Shown piece after piece: positions 34,801 through 46,580 of a stretch of 64,000 nt of DNA; within the stretch, counting starts at the first letter, position 1, and the number at the start of each line of letters is the position of its first letter. This stretch comes from Raillietiella orientalis (taxonomy: Eukaryota): assembly GCA_036172245.1 (NCBI GenBank), contig JAYWIR010000054.1, positions 434,001 through 498,000 on the forward strand, in the 5' to 3' direction. A program made the translations under genes and the position numbers. The notes beneath the pieces are model-generated. The model worked only from the letters and a program-made list of their open reading frames with translations, was not told the origin of the DNA and did not search any database.

Positions 34801-37800
34801 GCGTTTCCGTGTGGTCCAAACTCAGCCTGACGGAGACACAGGGGTTTTGTCCTGAAGTTGAGATGCACGCAGCTGGTGTGTCAGGCTACCGGAAGAGCGG
34901 TGCGAGGATGAACGATGAGACTAGGTAGGGATGAACTGGATGGAGGATGGAGGCATGGGGGTTCCAGATAAAAGGTAGACAAGAGTGACTCCACATTTTA
35001 TCTCGGAGAATGCGAGGCACGAGTTCGTACGCCCTCTTTCCCCCATTCTTTCATGTGGTGTTCCTTCAGTTGTCTGGCATCCTGTTTGTCACTTCAAGAC
35101 CTTTGCCAGCTTTCGCTTCCCTCCTTCACCCTGTCTCTTCTTTCGACGTGTCGACACCTCACGAAACGGCGGATTCACAAGCTGGCTGATTGCGACTTTC
35201 ACAGTTTGCCGGCCGGCGTCCACCCACGCGCTTCGGAAGGAAAACGAAAATTCCACTCCCCGTTGCAGCATTTGCTCGCCCGTTCGTGCCGCATTCACTC
35301 GGGCACGGGTGCCCCATCGTAGGTAGCGCGGGTCGGCACCGCAGTTTGCCGCCAGGGCAGCGCTCTCGACCGACAAGAAGCTCGGTCTCCCTCATCTGCA
35401 AGAACAGGTGAAGGAGCCATTAAAAGGCAGTCATCGGGGAGCTCTGGAGCTCCCTCATTAATCTCCCGCCCTTCTTCGCTGACTTCTTCATCGCCTTTTT
35501 TCCTCTGAATATCCCCTCCCTACCCCTGACCGACGCGCCTTGACGGTGGCGCATTCCCCCTCTCTTGTTTGACTGTCACGAACGTAGCAGTCTGACGTCT
35601 TTCCGTCGTCTGCCGGGAAGGCAGCGCGCACGATCGACAGAGGTCGCCGTCGGCCTAGGAGCACCCCCGGGCTATCAGGCTTGCCTGTTCTCGTCGCTGC
35701 TGGCGTGCCGCTTGGTAGTTGCGCACGTGGTTCCCGGTCGCCGCGATCGACACGAACCGGGTGGCCAAGAGGGCGGTGGCTGCCCGCTCGTGCTGCCCAC
35801 TCTCGACGTAGTCGTTCTTTGCGTGGACAGCACGAAGCCACGGCCGCGTCCTCACCGCGAAAAAAGGGAGCGGTTAGGAGAAGTGCATGCAAACGCTGAC
35901 ACGCCACCGGCTTTCTTCCACTTCGACCCAAACGCGTTCCCAATGACTTTACTTCCCTCCCTTCCCCGCGCGTGGCGTGGGCTTGCGGCTGGAACATTCA
36001 GTTTTCTTATCCTACGATGCAGTGCTTTGCCTTCCACGGCATCAACGCTGTGTACATCGATGCAATGGCCGTGTCGTAACTGGGGACCAGGTTGTCTAGG
36101 CGCAGATACACTGCTTCCTTGAATCCGTCCCGTCGGAATTTTCCCGATTCCAGCAACGTGTACATTCCGCCGACATTTCGCAGCCGTTGCTCGTGGAAGC
36201 GTACCAGAAGCGTGAAGTCCATACCGGGGATGGTGCCTGCGTCGTCGTTTTATTTGGCCTTGCCTCTGAAGTGGTCGATCGATGGAGCGACGCCGTACAC
36301 GGGATTTTTCCATGAATCCAGGCACGACAAAATGAGATTGTGTGTCTTCTCGAGTGCTTCCTGGATGGCATGAACGTCATGGATGGGACTCAGGGATTCC
36401 TTCGTGTCGGAAGGTGAGGACGACGAGTTCAATGGACTGTCCGAGAGAGACTTGGGACTGCTGGACGTGATGGCGGCATCGTAGCCGAAAGAGCTTTCGT
36501 GTGATATCAAGGGTGAAGGGGTGCACTCGGAAGACGATTGAACCCGGAAGCGCTTGGGAAGTGGGGTGACGGGTAGGCCTGGTGGCCTTGTGGGTAGCGG
36601 AGACGCACCGTGGACTCGCGTCCGGTAACGACCAAGGCCCGGAGTGTTGTGATCCCGCGGAAATTTGACGATTCCTGCTCTTTCGAGGCTGATGTCCGTT
36701 TGCATGGGGTTCGCTGCCAAGTTGCCTTTCGCGTTTACGTCAGCGCTGTAAAGCAAAAAGAAGTTTCACGATCTCTTCGTTCGATTTCATGGACGCGAGG
36801 TGCGGCGGAGTGGTTCCGTCCTTTGTTGCGGCGTTGACGTCGTCTTCGCGGTCCAGGAGCAGCTTCGCGATCTTCTCCTTGGGTCTTTCGGGGGCCAGGT
36901 GGAGGGTGGTGACTCCGTCGTTCCTCCTGGCGTTCACGTCGGCTTCGTGATTCAGCAGAAGCATCATTGTGCCGGCATCCTGCTGTCCAGTGGCTACCTG
37001 GAGAGGGGTCGTGCCGTTCTCGTCCATCGCGTTGGCATCGGCTCCGTGGAGAAACTTCGACAGTTTGAAGCGTCCCCTGCAGGAGGCGACGTGAAGCGCG
37101 GTCGTTCCTCCCGCGTACCTCGAAGACGCGTTCCCTCCGTATTCGTGGGAAGCGGACACCCGCGCCCCTCCGTCGTACGAAGAAGGTGGAGTGGGCTCGG
37201 GATTTTCCTTGCTGCTTCTCTGGAGCGGGGAATCCTTCGACCTGGCATCGTCCGCGCAGTTCACGTTTGCGCCGTGCTTCAACAGATCCTTGACCGTGGA
37301 GAGGCACTCTTTGTCGACGGCGATGTGCAGGGGTGCCATGCCTCTCGCGTCGATCGCGTGGACGTCCGCCTCGCCGGTCAGCAGCAGCTCGACGATGCGC
37401 TCGTTCGCGTACTGCGCAGCCAGATGCACAGGGGTGCTGCTGCCTTGCTCGGTGCGGGCCGGAACGGAGGCGCTTCCCCTCGAGCTCTCCTGCGCACTTT
37501 CCACGTCCTGCAGGCCGACGGCCACGTCGGTCGGCTGCAGGGTCTTCCGGAACGCTTCGCGCTTCACCAGCACCTCTCCTGCGAGAAGAATCTCCGCAGC
37601 TTCGAACGGGTCTTTCCTGAAGGCGTTGCGTAGCGACAGGAAGCAGTCCTTGCATGGGATCGGGTGCTGCATGCCCAGCGATTCCAGGATTTCCTCCAGT
37701 CTGCTCGTCTGCCCGACTTCGACCGCACTCGCTATCTGGTCCCACACGCGAGCACTTTCCATGTTGCTGGCTGCTGGCCTTTCCCGCGAGGGCACCGCCG

Positions 37801-38899
37801 GCCTCCGTGTGGACGCTTCGGTGGCACGCGTTCGCGCTGGCACCAGCAGAATGTGCAGCGACCCCAGCTCTTCGCTTTTCGCGTGATTATGGAGCTAATA
37901 AGGACGGCGAGGCGAGCGACGCCGTAGGTGGTTCCACGCATCGCCCAGAGAAATCCCACCAAACGCGGAAGGTGTCCACTGCTGGCTGCGCAACGCACGG
38001 GGAATGGTGCTCACCAGAAGGCCGGATAGGAGATGGGGTGGGCGTGGGGGTGAAGCATTTCTCTTTCCAAGTGGTCGACCCTGTGCACTTCGAGCGTTTG
38101 GAAAGACGAAAGACGAGAAAGACGCGACACTCGGTCATGCGGAACGGGCTTGCTAGCAGCTTTTTCCACCGCACACGGTGTCGCCAGAGGTGACGCCAAC
38201 GCGCGTCTGCCATCTGCAATCACCTCGTGACCACCCCCTTCGGATGCACCGTAACCACGCGACAGGGCGAAATGTTTGTCAGTGCGAAGGTGAAGGGGAA
38301 TATGTCGCGAGCGAAACGAAGCAGTCTCGCACGACTGACCGCGACAGTCGGTCGCCGTCAGTCGATGTCGGCAGGATAGCGCCAACAACAAAAAGTTTGT
38401 TCCAATGAAGAAATGAAGGAATCCTCCCAGTCATCACTGGAGGATGGAATTGGATCGCGTCGACGCTGTGCGGGGAAAGCCCATCTTACCGCTGCATCCC
38501 GACGCGGACTGGCACCGTCGATTCATCTTGCAGCTATGGCGCTCTTTCCACCGCGCCAGCCCGCGGGCGACCTGTACGAGAAGCGCCGCCGCCCGCAGAA
38601 GGCGCGAATAGCGGATTCGCCGACCGTTCCGCGAGGCAATCCTCAGACTTCGCTTCGCAAGCTCTCGCCTCGAGCTGTCCGGAGAACCACCTTCGAGGGT
38701 TGCCTTTCGCCGGAAGCGAGCGACCAGCCTCGTGCCGCTTTCCTCGCCCTCCCCCGCTTCACACCTAGCGGAGACCGCGCGCCTACTGCCCGGCGCAGGT
38801 GACGAATCATCCCAATCCACGTGTCGGCTGCTGCATCCCTTGCAAACTTCGCGCGGATAGTGTCCTCGGCGAAAGCAGAAGGGCACACGTGGACACCCT
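31890..38899 (-). repeat. Right arm of 7010-bp inverted duplication (includes kinase relic ~33800-31890)
   Basis: Reverse complement of 22153-29162 with few substitutions (at least four seen). Confidence 0.98.
36007..37762 (-). pseudogene. Second ankyrin/death-domain-like copy with an additional premature stop
   Basis: Mirror of 23290-25045; GAA>TAA at 36252 (equivalent to 24800) inside the C-terminal module. Confidence 0.85.
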
Positions 38900-39450
38900 C
38901 GCGCTAGCACTCGAAAAATCCAATGGACGCTTCCTTGGCTCGCACCCGCCGGAAGCCGCCACGGTGCACCCGGAGTGAAGGTTGCCGTCATGAAAGAGCC
39001 GGCCTTCTTCCGGAGACAGTATGTTCTGAAGACATCCGCACACGGCGAGGAGAGATGGTCGGTCGCGAAGACATGCCCGGCGTGCCTTCTGCGGAAAAAC
39101 CGGCGACGGCGTGCGGAGGAGGAACTCCGGGAAGGCGCATGGTGTGGGAGTCGCTACGGTGTCGTAGAAGCGCAGAACGCGACCGTGGCTAAAGGAATTC
39201 GGTTAGCGGGTCGCAGGAGGACGGTCCACACAGATAGGGTGATGGAAGAGAAGATTTTGGAATGGACAAAGGTCCGCGGTCCCTAAGCGTGAGTTGCGTG
39301 CATTCTGGAGAAGGGGAAAATCCGTTCCGTGCCGCGTTTCATGAAAGTCTGCGAAGAGGAAGCAGGCGATGGATCCCTTTGGGACTTCGACGTCCCGTCG
39401 GTAAGCAAAGAGTCGAGTTGCTTGGGAGCAGCGGTCGACCCTCGGAGGAG
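38650..39450 (-). pseudogene. Decayed kinase relic running into the right arm
   Basis: RLFAY..VPKGSIACFLF..FPLLQNAR (V-VIa-like), ILSPEE..DGNL (VIII-IX-like), RKRPLDFS, ERQPSKVVL (XI-like). Confidence 0.45.
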
Positions 39451-42304
39451 ACGCGTTCCGTTCCCATCTATTCTGATGGCCATCACCAGCTGACCCTGGG
39501 GGAGTTGACGAGACCTGGAGTCGTATCCGAAGCAGTCCGAAGCAGTGGTTTCTCGAACGCCTGGTGGGCGCGGTACGGAGGCTTTCCTTCCGGTCCATGC
39601 GCGCCACGCTCCGACGTATGCCTCTGCAAGGCGCGCACGGGCGAACGCATGGTTGGCGTTTCTTGCGATGCGCAGTCAGACGGCGCCAGTTCCCGTCCCG
39701 CAGGACGGTCAGTTGCCCCTGTCCTCGGGTCGGAACGGGGACGCTTCCATCGCGACCCCAGCGGAACCTGCTGCCACGCATCCTCTCTTGCTGACCACGC
39801 AGGCAACAGCTTCGCAGTTTCCGTTGCAGCCGCAAGCACGGCTGTCTCCACCTCCACCGTGGAACGGTGGATCTGCCGACGCAACCGATTCGCCATCTCC
39901 CTGAGGGGGAAAGCGCCTAGGAACCCCACTGAAGCGGTCACCCCTTTCGCTCACACGTTGACCCGTCGAACGAACAGATGCCTCCGTGCTTCCAGTCTTG
40001 GCAGCTTTACACCTCTCTTGCTGCTTAAAAACGGGTGGTCATCTCCGCCTTCCAGCACGGCCAGCGTCCGCCCCGCCGCCAGCGCAAGAAACCCTCTTAT
40101 GACGTCGGGCGTTCCGCGATAGTTGCCAGGACATGGGGCTGGCTGAGCAGCACGGGTTGTATCCTGGCGGCAGCAGCCTGGCGTCTCGTTCCTTCCTCTG
40201 CGCCCCTAACGCAGCAGACGATTCTCGGATGAGCTCGTGCGAAACGAGTTGTGCAGCGCTCTCTTTCGGTCGAGAAGAACTCTTGCTCGCGGCTACCAGA
40301 TGCTTGGAGGAGTTTGGATGCGGCACGCTGCGTTCGGGTCCGGCGTTCTTGCGGGCACGTGGATGGGCGCGTCGCCTTGACCACCGCGATCCTCACACGA
40401 GTTTGCGGGTGTGGCGGAGCGCGGGCGCGTTAAGGGAACCACGGCCTCGCTGCTCTGCATCGCGGCGGTGTCATCAGACTGCGATTCTGTGCGAAAGGTG
40501 CATCGCAGGTGAGAAGCAGCGGGCCGCCTCTCAGCTTGAAGTGGGCGGTTGCAGAGACTCCCCGCCGTCTCCACCGCTGCGTTCCCTGGCACGTCCGTGC
40601 GATCGAAATCCACTGACGCAAGCGACTCCCGTCGTTCATTCTCTCGGCTCCGGAGAGATTCCTCGCTTCGAACACTTCAGCGCTCAACAGTTGCTGGCGA
40701 CCGTTCCTTGGAACAGCACCTGTCGCGTGCACCTTCGCGCTCGTCGCCGCTCCCGAAGAGGGAAGGCTATGTCGTGCTGGCAGCAGAAGGCGAGGCAGCG
40801 TCCGATTGCAGGAAAGACGGAAGCGCAGACGCGGGTGCCCCAGCAGCGTGCGCTTCCAGCGGCGCTCGGCACCACCGACACCAGCGAGCCGTTCTTCGGC
40901 AAGAAAGACAAGAGTGCGGGACGGCGGAAGAGTCACAGGCACGCGACTGCCTGAAGTCTCTCCTCTCTCGCTTTCAGCATACTGTCTGCTTCGAGGCTTC
41001 GGGCTACCAAAGCAGCGACCAACGCACGTGCGCTCCTTCCTGTTACGGTGTGCAGCTCAGCATCCTGGTGGAGCGGCAGGGTGCAAGTGGACAAGCACCA
41101 GTCGTGCGTTTCCCTCGCACAATGAAGCGGTTATCGAGAGCGGAAGCAGACTTGTCGTTCCGGAGAGCAACAGCGAAACGACGTCATCTCCGCGCTTCGT
41201 TTCCCGGGGTGCGGACAGCCCGTGGGGCCTGAAAGCTTCTCCGTCCCCAGGAGAAAAGTCCCATCTTCCGCGCCGCGTCCCCATGCTGCCAGCCCATCCG
41301 CACGGCTTCCGAGCCCGGTAGTCGCCGGTGCGCCGTTTCATGGAGATGGGAGGGCTGCGCCGCAGAATACTCTCCAAGGTCCCTGTCCCCCGATTCGGGC
41401 ATTCTCTTCCTCCGTGGACGGGCCTCCTACGCAAGTGGACATCCGGTTCATGTGGGCAACGTGCGTTCCCCCGCCCTCCAGACTCGCGTCCGCCCGCCCC
41501 TCCTCAGATGAACGCTTCCCGGCTCCTGGTAACCTGGGCTCGGGCAACGCACCACCCGAGGACTGCGAAAGCGGAAAACACGAAAAAGAAGTGGAAATTC
41601 CAATGCCACATCGCGTGGAGCGCAGTCGCACCGAACGCAAAGTAGTCTTCTCGCGAGTGCCCCGGAGCGTTTATTGGTTTCGCGAAAGGAAAAAAGGAGT
41701 CAACGAAACTTTCCGCCTCACCAGTACCGACAACTCACAGGAGAGTGCCTGGAAGTATAACAGGAAAGTCGACAGGATGAGGGGATAAGAAATGGGAAAG
41801 AAGAAAGTGCTGGTATCTCTGAGGAGGAGAGGGCGGGTATCGCACTACGCGAAGTCTGGTCCTCTGCATCGTCCCCAAAATGCCAGCAATCTTCTCTTGG
41901 TGGCTGCGCAGGTGGCTCCACCTTGTCGCGTTGCGCAGCATCCCGGTTGCGAAGTGGGCGATGGCAACTCTGTCGCGCCGACCACTTTCGGCGTCTTTCC
42001 TGGAAGCGAATGGAGCGCGTGGATAGCACGGCGCTTCGGCGGAAGGAGCAGGCGACCCTTCAGAAGAGGTTCCTCCGAACGCTTGCTGAATTGCTCTCAG
42101 GAGGAGGGTGGGAAGCAGATAACGTTCTAAACATGCCCTCGCGACAACACGTCTCTTCCAAGTGGCGGGAGGTCTCTATCTTTCAGCACCTGTCTCGGTT
42201 GGCACTGTCCATCGCTCTCGTCCTCTGGTGGTGACGCGCTTTGTACGGGTGCACGCAAACCAAAGGCCGCAGCGTCTTCCGGTGTCGAATTAGGAAGAGA
42301 AAAA

Positions 42305-42690
42305 AGGTCTTTGCAATCACCAAGGAAAGCTCCAGCACTTTCGGTGGGACGCTTAAGAGTTTTCCTTGAAGTGCAAGCTCTCCACGAGAGGTGACCTCTT
42401 CTGCGGCTTTAGCGATCTTTTCCGCAGCACAACCTCCTAGGTCGCGCAGGATCCCTCCAACGTTTCCGGTTGGTAGGTGCCAAGGATCCCGGAAGCGGAA
42501 GACCCGGCTGCGGCAAAGAGGTTGACTCGCGGGCAGGACTGCAGATCACTGCCCACCGCCACCACGGATCTTTCGGCATTCTGGCCGTGTTGACGGCACT
42601 TGGTCACCTCACTCGCGGGTCTCGTCAGATCGCCCTACGCTTGAACTGTCTCCTTCCGTAAGATGTAGGTGTTTGCGCGGCGGAGGAGAT
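42305..42690 (+). pseudogene. Partial further copy of the kinase relic (matches 28325-28710)
   Basis: Direct DNA similarity; GAKDPGSGRPGCGKEVDSRAGLQ..TALGHLTRGSR. Confidence 0.85.
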
Positions 42691-42999
42691 CTTCTGTTCC
42701 TTGATTAACAGAGAATTTCGGCCTTCATCTCCGAATATCTCCCCGTTCATCACCATTCGCTTCTGCCTGCTGCCAGCATGCCTCCGAGACGATATTTCTT
42801 CCTGCGCTCCCATGGTTCTACCTTTTACCTCCCCGCGATCTTTCGCTTCCAAGGTCTGTTGCTGCTGTCCTTTTCCCCTTGTACTCTTGTTTCCTAGATG
42901 TCTTAGGAATGTGTCTGCATCCCCACTCTTGCACTCATGACGTCCTCTTTCAACCTGCTAGAGCAGACGACTTCCGTTTGCCAAATAGAACGCAAAAGT

Positions 43000-45900
43000 A
43001 ATTCTCTCTTTTGGACATCGCGCACCGCACCGCTCCGTCAAGATGTCGATTTTTGACACATGCAGTGTACATCCTGTCCTATGGGGTGCATCCCTTGAGC
43101 TCTGCTTCGTCTCCATCGAACTGTCAGAGTCTCCCCTGAGCATTTTCGGCGGCATGTACCGCGGAGGGAGAGACTGGCCCATTGTGATTTTCTTTCCGTG
43201 ATTCAAGCTTGCATCAACCGTCGACGAGATCCGCTCGCTTATCGGGATAGATATCCTCTACATGCGGTTTCACCACTTTCACCTCTTCTTCGAGCGGACC
43301 AAAGTTTCTTCATCCCTTCACCCTATTGGACGTTGCGCCTTGCTTCTCGACTCATCCTATGCATCCGGCACCTCACATCCCTCCGAGGATGGATTTCATT
43401 CCGAACATAGTGAGCGTGCTTCCCTCCCCTGTCCATTCACTTCTCGTTCGCTATGGTTGAGTAGATCCTGGAATATCCTGGGTCGCCGTTCACTCTCTTC
43501 CTGGTTTCGAGACGGAAGCGGGACGCTCTTTCTGGATCCGCCTCTTGGCCATTTGATGTCCATTTCACTGTCTGTTGCAACCTCATGTTCTGTCCATCTT
43601 GCAGTAGCCGCGACTGAGACTTTGACGAGGTACCGTCCAACCTCCTCCCAGCTCCTCGGTCGCACCACTCAGCATGGAGCGAGAAAGTCTTTCACTCTTT
43701 CACTGCTTCCGGATTCCACGAACGATCCTCATCTTCCACTGCCCGAGGATTCTTGGCCGCTTCCAGCAACGTTTGCGCCCTCTGTTGAAAAAAACTCGTA
43801 CTATCCTCGCGTGCCCGCAGTCGGCATGCTCCCAATCCGAATGCCGCAGTGTTCCTGAAATTTAAACATTTTGCTTCCCTCTACCCGGGAGTAAATAGGA
43901 GCACTGTTTCCTCTAATGTTTCATTACTCACCCCAGCATACCGTACTCCATTCCCCATCAACGAACCCTTACGCCACCCATGTCGTGGCCCCTCCCCCCA
44001 CTGCTGCGCCTCCACTGAACCCTGGATTAGCACTACAGCATCCCAAGCCTTTCTTGCAATGCCCAAATTGCCTCCGTAGTGGTGGCCACGCACACCGCGA
44101 CTTTGTTCCTTCAGCTTCACGGAATCGGGTCACTCTGCGTCAAGGAAGGCAGACTCAGGAAGCGAAGGTGGCTCCAGCGTGGGGTGCCGGGTGACCCTAC
44201 GATCCGGTCAACGGCCACCGCTCTCGCTTGCCTCTTTCCTTCGAAAGGACCTGCCTGCAAGTCCCTGGAAGCTGCATTCCTCTTCGGTCCACCGCGAACT
44301 CTTGTTTCCGTCTGTCGGCATCCGCGCGGGATATCTGCGGGTGATTGCTGAAGACGAGAGGAAACAGGGCACCTGGCAGGCGAAACGTCCAGAAGTTCGA
44401 GGCGATGATGCTGTGCGCTAGAAGTGCATGTTCCTTCCCTGACAGGTGAGTTATTACTCCAAGAGGAAGCAAAGATTCGCTGCTGGCCACTTGGAGCTCC
44501 GCTTATTCCCGTGTTAACAGTAGATAGGCCTCTCTTCGTAGGTCTTTATGTTTGCTTTTGCCTACGACTTCCTGCTCTCCCCGCTGGGCGTTTCCTGATG
44601 CCTCGATTCGCCGATAGTACCGTTCTTTCCTTGCCCCTTGCAGCTCTTATGCCCGCGGCATCGGCCATGTCTTCTCTCGGCAGCCCTTGCGGAAGAGCAG
44701 AAAGAGCACGCAAAGAAGGACTTCCTTCTGGCGCGCACGCTAGCTGGACAGCTGTGTCTTGGGAAGCTGGCGGGATGGCGCAGAGACAACTCTGGAATCC
44801 CCGACGCGGTCGGCGTCCCTCAACCTGATGCGCGCCGCGTTCGACCACAGTTCCGTGGCTAAGCATGGCACAGAATTGACGTAACGTGCAGCGCGCTCGC
44901 CTCTCCTTGAGGCTGCCAGACGGCTTTGATGAATTGCTCGCAGTTAACGGCGTGGTCCTCTTGCCATGGCAGGGGTCAACGGATCGCCCACGGAGTCTTC
45001 TCAATTTCCTTGAGGTGGAACTGATGCCTTCGGAGGCGCCAGCCGATCCGAAACGCAGATCGAGCAATTGCCTCCTTCAGGAGACCCAGCGTTCGTCTCC
45101 TGGCGCAAAGAGGAGCCTCAGCAACCAGGGTCCCATCGTTCCTTGGCAACGCGGAGATCTGGTTGCTCTCCCCAAGGTGCAGAGCAAACGAGTAGCAGAA
45201 GTGGAGAATCCGTGGTCAGCAAGACCTACGTGGGTGCGGGGCAGGCCATGGATGACCACACGCCCTCTCCACCTTGCGAGAGGGGGCGTAGCCTCTATCC
45301 ACGGGAGGCGTTGGCTTCGCCGACGGATGAGACCCGGTCTCCCGAGGAATTCTCTCACTAGCACCCATGGATTCGCACTCCCCGAGGCAGGTCCGGAGAA
45401 GGCGTCACGTGCCCCGACCTCTTTGCACAGCACTGGAGCTGAGGAGGAAACGCCTTCGAAGTCTTTCTCGTCTCCCCCCCTCCCCCCCTCTTCCCGGTCT
45501 TCTCCTTTGCATCCTCCAGAGACGGCTGGGTGAGCCGCGAAGTCACCGGTCCCGCAATTGGTTCCCGTCGCCACGACGGGAACCAAGTGTCTGCACAAAG
45601 GGATGCAGATGAGAGCCTCGTGCCGCACATCGACCCAGGCCACGAGGCTGTGGAAGGTCCGGACAGCTGGCGTCCCCAATTGGCGCGTTCCCTCGAGGAA
45701 CCAGGGAAGGGCGACGACATCGATCCGCGGCCGAGGTGGAGTTACGCGCCTCGCCCGATTTGGTTGCTACTGGAGCATCACGGCTGCATACCCTGATGCC
45801 GACCGGGACAGGGCTTCCCGAAATCACTGGAGGCGTGGAGACTCCCGAAGAGTGCAGCACGCACCCAAAAGCAATGCCAGCTTCCTCTCGAGGAAACTCC

Positions 45901-46300
45901 ATTTTAGAGAGATTCCCGGCCGTCCTTCTTCCCCAGGACTCCGCGCTAAACAACTTGGGATGCTAGAATGTGCTCCTGCATCACTGGGCGGATGAAGGAG
46001 AGTTCGATTATAATGCAGCGTTCGGAGGTGATCTGCCAGCTAGCGGGGTGACCCAGCCCGTCACTTCATGGAAAACGTCTCTGCCGACGAAAGAAGCTGC
46101 GGCCAAAGATTTGGCCCGAGGTCCTTGGAGATGGATCGAGAGACCGAGACCTCACCATTCCTTGTCGATGCCTTCGTCCTCCTTCCACCCCGTACCCCAC
46201 GCTGGTGCACCGAGCTCTTCCCGGAAAGGACGAACGTCGCCACGCCTCCGCAGGGGGGGCGCACCCTCTGCAGGATGCAACAACCTTGTTATCCTCAGGG
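43000..46300 (+). mobile_element. Highly degenerate Ty3/gypsy-like LTR retrotransposon relic
   Basis: Gag-like KMSIF..PVLWGASLELCF (43020); knuckle-like CPNCLRSGGH (44058); integrase C-terminus-like WQRGDLVAL and KKLRPK/FGP..LVH; purine run near 46250. No LTRs or RT core recognised. Confidence 0.45.
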
Positions 46301-46580
46301 TTTGCCGTTGCTTTCAATATTTTGCATCAGGAAACCTTTATTGAATTTTGAAAGTGTTGTCATTTCTGGTTCAAATCCGCAACAATCAAGTAGGATAAAA
46401 CGAAAAGAAAATGAAATGTTTCCGCAATTGCATTGGCGCATTTGTGAATTTAGTGACTCAGCCATGCCAGCAAAATGAAGAGGCAACAGAAGTAAAAAAA
46501 AAAAAAAAAAAAATTGTGGCATTCCTAAAAGAACGATGCGTCACTGCAAGAGACGAAAATGTAGGAGGCTTACTGTGAAA

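Noticed and set aside
22153..38899. Giant DNA transposon (Maverick/foldback) with 7-kb TIRs
   Set aside because: No TSD, transposase, integrase or polymerase seen; arm ends fall inside gene relics and the right arm is continuous with its flanks.
1..46300. Bacterial/endosymbiont insertion or endogenous virus
   Set aside because: Contains spliceosomal-type introns and eukaryotic retrotransposons; no operon structure or viral hallmark genes recognised.
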